Source: an uncultured Candidatus Peribacteria bacterium (GTDB lineage Bacteria; Patescibacteriota; Gracilibacteria; Peribacterales; Peribacteraceae). From it: DNA of 37,811 nt. Made by a program: the position numbers and the translations under genes. Below are positions 33,104 to 37,811 of the stretch, one piece after another. Location of the stretch: positions 1 to 37,811 of the forward strand of contig CAYYFD010000001.1 in NCBI GenBank assembly GCA_964471125.1, written 5' to 3'. Positions within the stretch are counted from its first letter, which is position 1. Every line of letters begins with the position of its first letter. The notes under the pieces are model-generated. The model saw nothing but the letters and a program-made list of their open reading frames with translations, was not told the origin of the DNA and searched no databases.

Positions 33104-33190
33104 GTGTGCATTATGCAGCGCAAAGGAGAAAGAGCAAAGAGCAAAGAGGTCGACTTCCCACAATCACGTATCCGCAACGCACTCTCACTC

Positions 33191-34288
33191 TTACCCGAAT
33201 ATTCCGACAATGATGCCCAGCATCGCAGCAAATGTACCGACAATCCAGAAGCGCATGGTGACCTTGCTTTCGCCCCAGTCGAGAGCCTCGAAATGATGGT
33301 GGATCGGTGCCGCACGAAACACCTTCTTTCCCCCACGATACTTCTTGCTGAGGAGCTGAATGATGACGGAAAGCATTTCCATCACGAAGACAAAGCCGAT
33401 CAGCGGAAGCACGAGTACCTGATCGATCATCATGGCAATCACGGCAAGCCCACCCCCGAGCGCCAGTGAACCGGTGTCCCCCATAATGAAGCGGGCGGGC
33501 GGAACGTTGTGCCAGAGGAAAGCTGCAACCGCCCCCACGCATACTGCGCAAAAAGCGGAAAGGACGGAAAGACCTTCGAGGTAGGCAAGAACGCTGAAGG
33601 AGCCGAAGGCGATCACGAGAAGACCACCCGCAAGACCATCAAGACCGTCGGTGACATTTACCGCATTGGCGGTACCGACAAGCACGAAGATAAAAATCGG
33701 TATGTACCACACGCCAACGGAAAGTGTGCCGTAGTAGGGAACATAAATTGTGTCGTAGCCGAGCTTAAAGTAGAACCACGCAGCACCCAGAACGCCGATG
33801 GCGATGAGTGTGAGGATCTTCGGAAGAACATCCAGACCGCGCTTCTTGCCGACTCCGGTGATATTCAGATAATCATCGAGCCCCCCGAGAAAGCCAAGAG
33901 CAACCATCGTACCGAGCGGCAGGTAGACTTGCCCGCGCTGGAGAAGGGAGGTTTCGGCAAATCCCAGTAATGAGAGAATGCGCGAGAAGACAATCGTAAA
34001 CAGCACGGAGCCCCATATGAGAATACCGCCCATCGTCGGTGTTCCGAATTTGTGCTGGTGATACGTACGGAATACGGACGGATCCTGACCGTCGACAGTC
34101 TCTACGCGAAGCTGCTTTCCTACACGGTTACGCACCAAAAACCGTACAAACGGCGGCGTGAGTAAAAGACCAGCGGCAAACGCAAAACACGCGTAGAGGA
34201 GAATGTGCATGAGCTGCACGTCCGGGCGCATGATCACCACATCAGACATACTCCGAGCATAGGTCGAAAACCACAAAAAGGAAATCAC
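33191..34288 (-). CDS. mraY: phospho-N-acetylmuramoyl-pentapeptide transferase
   Basis: GTPTMGGILIW, NAVNVTDGLDGLAGG, MGDTGSLALGG, APIHHHFE. The GTG start at 34288 overlaps the dnaB TGA (GTGA). A later ATG (MSDVV) is an alternative. Confidence 0.93.
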   Translation of the reverse strand: MISFLWFSTYARSMSDVVIMRPDVQLMHILLYACFAFAAGLLLTPPFVRFLVRNRVGKQLRVETVDGQDPSVFRTYHQHKFGTPTMGGILIWGSVLFTIVFSRILSLLGFAETSLLQRGQVYLPLGTMVALGFLGGLDDYLNITGVGKKRGLDVLPKILTLIAIGVLGAAWFYFKLGYDTIYVPYYGTLSVGVWYIPIFIFVLVGTANAVNVTDGLDGLAGGLLVIAFGSFSVLAYLEGLSVLSAFCAVCVGAVAAFLWHNVPPARFIMGDTGSLALGGGLAVIAMMIDQVLVLPLIGFVFVMEMLSVIIQLLSKKYRGGKKVFRAAPIHHHFEALDWGESKVTMRFWIVGTFAAMLGIIVGIFG

Positions 34289-35754
34289 TCGTCGTCGTGA
34301 TCCGAGTGCGCTTTGTCGATGTCGTAGAAGCGCATCTGTTCTTTCTTAAAGAGCAGCTCCACTCTGCCGATGGGGCCGTTGCGATGCTTCTTGATGTACA
34401 TATCCGTGATGCCCTGCCGGTCGCTGTCTTCCTCATAGTAATCCTCGCGATACATCATGATCACCACATCGGCGTCCTGCTCGATGCTGCCGGAGTCACG
34501 CAGGTCCGAGAGCTGCGGAATATTTCCCGGACGGTTCTCAACGGCGCGGGAGAGCTGCGACAGAGCGACGATCGGAATGTGCAGCTCTCTGCCGAGCTGC
34601 TTCAGAGAACGGGAGATTTCCGAAATTTCTTGGACGCGGTTACCGGCGTAACTCATGTTTCCTGTGCTCATGAGCTGGAGGTAATCAATAATGAGCAGAT
34701 CGAGCCCGTGCTCCATCTGCAGGCGCCTCGCTTTTGCGCGGAGCTCGGGTATGGATGATCCGACCGAATCGTCGATAAAAATATTCGCCTTGTTCAACTC
34801 GTCCATGATCGGACCCATATTCTGAAAATCACTATCTTCGAGTTTACCGCGCTGCAGTTTCCACGAGTCCACCCCGAGCAGGGAAGCGAACAAGCGGTCG
34901 ACAAGCTGTTCCTTGCTCATTTCCAGAGAGAAGATCCCGACACATTTGTGATGACGAATAGCGGCGTTTTGGGCCACATTCAGAGCAAAGCTTGTCTTTC
35001 CCATGCTCGGGCGAGCGGCAATGACGATAAGATCGCTCGGCTGGAGTCCCGAAAGCTTCATATCGAGTCCGCGGAAACCCGTGGGTACACCCTTCACATA
35101 GTCTTCTTCCTTGGACTCATGCAATTCTGCAAAGCGCTCATAGCGCATCGTGAGCACGTCACGGATATGGATAAACTTTTCCTTGAGAAAGGTATTGCTA
35201 ATGGCAAAGACGGTTTTTTCGACGTCTTCGAGCATCTCCGGAACAGAGCGCGTCTCCTCGTATCCAAGTGCGGATATCTTCTGTCCCGCGGAGATGATAC
35301 GACGGTGCACAGCCTTCACCTTTACGATCTGGCCGTACTGGTACACGTGCGATGCCGTCGGCACTTCCGCAGCAAGCTGCGCCAGATATGCAGACCCCCC
35401 CAGCTCCTGCACGCGCGCATCAGACTTCAGCTTCTCACTCACAGTGACAAAGTCGATCGGCTGATGTTGCTGATACAATGCGTAGACAGACTGGTAAATC
35501 GAACGGTACACCGGATCGTAGAAATCCTCCGGCGTAAGAAAATCACTTACTTTGATGATACCGTCCGGGTCGAGAAGAAGTGCACCGAGAACGGTCTTTT
35601 CCGCATCGAGAGAATGCGGTTGTATGCCGATGGTGCTTGCGGAGGCTGCGGGCACAGGCGCCAATTGTACGGGAGGACAATCGCGCTGCAATGAAGTGTG
35701 ATTGCCGTGGGATGGTGCTTGTGCCCCCGTCTGTGAGTCTGCAGTGGAGAACAT
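34285..35754 (-). CDS. dnaB: replicative DNA helicase DnaB
   Basis: PHSLDAEKTVLGALLLDPD, Walker A ARPSMGKTSFALN, IIDYLQLM, and SQLSRAVENR. Carries an N-terminal extension of about 45 aa. Confidence 0.95.
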   Translation of the reverse strand: MFSTADSQTGAQAPSHGNHTSLQRDCPPVQLAPVPAASASTIGIQPHSLDAEKTVLGALLLDPDGIIKVSDFLTPEDFYDPVYRSIYQSVYALYQQHQPIDFVTVSEKLKSDARVQELGGSAYLAQLAAEVPTASHVYQYGQIVKVKAVHRRIISAGQKISALGYEETRSVPEMLEDVEKTVFAISNTFLKEKFIHIRDVLTMRYERFAELHESKEEDYVKGVPTGFRGLDMKLSGLQPSDLIVIAARPSMGKTSFALNVAQNAAIRHHKCVGIFSLEMSKEQLVDRLFASLLGVDSWKLQRGKLEDSDFQNMGPIMDELNKANIFIDDSVGSSIPELRAKARRLQMEHGLDLLIIDYLQLMSTGNMSYAGNRVQEISEISRSLKQLGRELHIPIVALSQLSRAVENRPGNIPQLSDLRDSGSIEQDADVVIMMYREDYYEEDSDRQGITDMYIKKHRNGPIGRVELLFKKEQMRFYDIDKAHSDHDDE

Positions 35755-35761
35755 GTGGAAA

Positions 35762-35785
35762 ACGCGTCAGGTATACCTGACGCGT
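35762..35785 (-). terminator. perfect 24-nt palindrome hairpin between recA and dnaB (terminator/attenuator candidate)
   Basis: ACGCGTCAGG-TATA-CCTGACGCGT, a 10-bp stem. On the minus strand it is followed by TTTCCAC and then the dnaB ATG at 35754. It begins 13 nt after the recA stop. Confidence 0.5.
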
Positions 35786-35798
35786 CTCCAGAGATTAT

Positions 35799-36920
35799 CT
35801 AAGGAATGAGGGTAATTTCCCGTATAGCTTTCTCGATCTTCGCGCCGATATCCTGATGCTCATCGAGGAACGTGCGGGCGGGCTCTTTGCCGTTTCCCAG
35901 TGTTTCCTCACCGAAGCGGTAGTAGTTACCGGACTTTTCGATCACGCCGTGCTTCACACCGAGCTCGAGAATGTCCCCCGATCTGCTGATGCCGCGGGCA
36001 TAAAGAATGTCGAACTCCGCCTGACGGAACGGCGGTGCAATTTTATTTTTCACAACCTTCACCCGCGTGCGACTTCCAATAATCACCTGATCCTCTCCGG
36101 TTGCGACTTTCTCCATGATTTTATCGATCCTGCGCACATCAAGACGGATGGTTGCGTAGAACTTCAGGGCATTGCCTCCCGTGGTCGTTTCGGGATTACC
36201 GAACATGACGCCGATCTTCATACGGATCTGGTTGATGAAAATCACCGAGCAGTTCGTGCGGCTGACGATCGACGTAAGCTTGCGCAGTGCCTGACTCATG
36301 AGACGTGCCTGCAGTCCCATATGGCTGTCTCCCATCATGCCTTCAATTTCTGCGCGTGGCGTAAGCGCCGCAACGGAGTCGATGACGATGACATCGATTG
36401 CACCGGAACGAACGAGTGTTTCCGTGATTTCCAGTGCCTCCTCGCCGTCATTAGGTTGTGAGACGAGTAAGTTATCGACATCGACGCCTATTTTCTTTGC
36501 ATAGGTAATGTCGAGTGCGTGCTCCGCATCGATGAATGCCGCGCGGCCGCCTTTCTTCTGCGCCTCGGCGATGGCATGAAGCGCGAGGGTAGTTTTTCCA
36601 GAAGACTCCGGACCAAAGATCTCGACAATACGGCCCTTGGGAATGCCTCCGCCGAGAGCGATATCCAATGTCAGCGATCCGCTGCTGAACTTCTCCACTG
36701 CGACAATCTGCTCATCGCCCATACGCATGACGGCGCCTTGTCCGTATTGCTTTTCGATCTGCGCGAGAGCAAGGGCTATCGCATCTCCCTTCTGATCGGA
36801 AGCGGGTTTTGCGGTTGCTGCAGCTTTCGTTGTTGCAACTTTCTGAGGTAATGAAGTTGCTGCTACTGCAGCAGGTTTTGGAGGGGGTACCATAGAACGG
36901 GTGGGGGAAGACTTCGCCAT
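35799..36920 (-). CDS. recA: recombinase RecA
   Basis: [18 protein letters not shown], Walker [63 protein letters not shown] 35799..37046 trimmed to the ATG at 36920. Carries an Ala/Pro/Lys-rich N-terminal extension of about 45 aa. Confidence 0.95.
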   Translation of the reverse strand: MAKSSPTRSMVPPPKPAAVAATSLPQKVATTKAAATAKPASDQKGDAIALALAQIEKQYGQGAVMRMGDEQIVAVEKFSSGSLTLDIALGGGIPKGRIVEIFGPESSGKTTLALHAIAEAQKKGGRAAFIDAEHALDITYAKKIGVDVDNLLVSQPNDGEEALEITETLVRSGAIDVIVIDSVAALTPRAEIEGMMGDSHMGLQARLMSQALRKLTSIVSRTNCSVIFINQIRMKIGVMFGNPETTTGGNALKFYATIRLDVRRIDKIMEKVATGEDQVIIGSRTRVKVVKNKIAPPFRQAEFDILYARGISRSGDILELGVKHGVIEKSGNYYRFGEETLGNGKEPARTFLDEHQDIGAKIEKAIREITLIP

Positions 36921-36947
36921 AGTCTCTTTGGGGAAAGGATTTGTAAA

Positions 36948-36965
36948 GGTGTAAGAACGTACACC
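36948..36965. promoter_or_regulatory. palindromic operator candidate GGTGTA-N6-TACACC (proximal copy, recA leader)
   Basis: GGTGTAagaacgTACACC read directly from the sequence. Lies 28 nt upstream of the recA ATG. Confidence 0.4.
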
Positions 36966-36982
36966 CATATTTCCTGAGAGGC

Positions 36983-37011
36983 TGTATAGTTGCAAGAAAG
37001 TACACTTGCAA
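36983..37011 (-). promoter_or_regulatory. sigma70-like promoter for recA (TTGCAA-17-TATACA)
   Basis: On the minus strand, TTGCAA at 37011-37006, 17-nt spacer, TATACA at 36988-36983. The spacer contains the half-site GAAAGTACACT (36996-37006 on the + strand). Confidence 0.4.
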
Positions 37012-37029
37012 TGAGAATAGATGCATTGT

Positions 37030-37047
37030 GGTGTATGAATGTACACC
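37030..37047. promoter_or_regulatory. palindromic operator candidate GGTGTA-N6-TACACC (distal copy)
   Basis: GGTGTAtgaatgTACACC has arms identical to the proximal copy. The two centres are 82 bp apart. Confidence 0.4.
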
Positions 37048-37049
37048 TT

Positions 37050-37811
37050 CTACTCCACGCTCCTGCAAATACCAATATTCTGATCGAGATCGGTTATCTC
37101 GCAATACTGACCTGAAGGGCAGAGAACGCCTGCCACCCCGCCACACGGTTGGCGATCACGTAAGGACGAGACGCCGGAAGTGACTGAACGCGATGTGCCG
37201 GATACACTCGAAGGAATATTACCCTTCACGCGGACGGACCGAAGAAATGCCATCCACTCCGCGCGCGCTGCAACTGCATCAGGTTCGTGCTGGGGAGTGA
37301 AACTGAGCTCCAGATAACCGGACCCTTGCCCGATGGCTATGCGCTGTTCGCCGGAGATGTCATCGAGGAAACGAATAGCGCGACCTCCGTCGATGGAAAG
37401 CGCAATGCCGCTGGGTAATGGGCGCTCGGTGAAGCGGCTGATAGCAACGACGGGGGAAAGGGATCCTGCCGGAATGAATCTGATACCTCCGTCCTCAGCA
37501 GCAGAAATACCCCAACGGGTGGGAATGTTTGCATCGATACCCAAATCGATACTGACCCATGATCGGAATGTTTCATCAGAAGAAACAATACTTTCCACGA
37601 CAAATACGGGTAAATCACGCTCGTCGATATTACGCTCGAAGTGCCCCCGCAATGCAGTCGTCCGCCCCTGAAACTCACGGAGAAGTACCGTAGAGCTTTC
37701 CAGATACGCATGATCGCTGCCGGATTGTCTGAGCAAATGCGTTCCACGACGGGCTGTGCTCATCGTCGTCGGGACGATCGTTCCCGTAAGCGTCTGTACC
37801 CCCTCGGGGAG
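37050..37811 (-). CDS. hypothetical protein with C-terminal 4-Cys motif (5' end may lie outside the window)
   Basis: ORF 37050..37763, but the frame stays open from 37763 to the window edge. The C-terminus is PCGGVAGVLCPSGQYCEITDLDQNIGIC. No family recognised. Confidence 0.5.
   Translation of the reverse strand, partial: LPEGVQTLTGTIVPTTMSTARRGTHLLRQSGSDHAYLESSTVLLREFQGRTTALRGHFERNIDERDLPVFVVESIVSSDETFRSWVSIDLGIDANIPTRWGISAAEDGGIRFIPAGSLSPVVAISRFTERPLPSGIALSIDGGRAIRFLDDISGEQRIAIGQGSGYLELSFTPQHEPDAVAARAEWMAFLRSVRVKGNIPSSVSGTSRSVTSGVSSLRDRQPCGGVAGVLCPSGQYCEITDLDQNIGICRSVE

Noticed and set aside
34948-35694. 248-aa plus-strand ORF
   Set aside because: Antisense within dnaB, so it is a shadow ORF.
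1-37811. CRISPR arrays, transposases/IS elements, integrases, toxin-antitoxin pairs, restriction-modification or other known defence genes, rRNA genes
   Set aside because: I looked for regularly spaced direct repeats and for hallmark motifs in all ORFs of at least 60 aa and found none. The largest non-coding gaps are under 320 nt and are explained by tRNAs, promoters or terminators.
1-37811. Alternative genetic code (UGA recoding, as in some CPR lineages)
   Set aside because: Conserved genes are full length under the standard code, and several end at TGA where orthologs normally end (for example dnaB at 34285-34287 and prmC at 25774-25776).

Overview
This is a compact, almost fully coding 37.8-kb chromosomal segment of roughly 50% GC (by eye). 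It reads cleanly under the standard bacterial code. I call about 40 CDS, 3 intact tRNA genes (Phe-GAA, Ile-UAU, Val-UAC) and 2 decayed tRNA 5' fragments. Most genes are housekeeping: MFS transporter, GT39-like glycosyltransferase, obg, dnaK, gap, an endonuclease IV-like gene, cca, queE-queC, a CNNM/CBS transporter, rplI, a family-5 solute-binding protein, secG, a KH protein, rpsP, two GT4 glycosyltransferases, prmC, purA, nadK, fbp, a second GapB-like gap, mraY, dnaB and recA. Several traits fit a small-genome uncultivated bacterium such as CPR/Patescibacteria, but this is inference only. These traits are tight packing, abutting or overlapping genes, mostly absent Shine-Dalgarno sequences, a T4SS-pilin-like small protein, a DUF11 sortase substrate and a TM-anchored orphan SBP. 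I saw no CRISPR array, transposase, integrase, rRNA or recognisable defence system, so I cannot point to a clear novel multi-gene system. The observations most worth follow-up are listed below.
- A triple-site palindromic operator architecture (GGTGTA-N6-TACACC) around the recA promoter.
- A rare tRNA-Ile(UAU).
- Truncated 5' tRNA copies upstream of two different tRNA genes, and a shared 3' trailer on two tRNAs.
- An AT-rich islet next to tRNA-Val, with back-to-back consensus promoters, a perfect palindrome and cell-surface genes.
- A GapB-like/FBPase gluconeogenic pair alongside a separate GapA-like gene.
- A perfect 24-nt palindrome wedged 8 nt upstream of dnaB.
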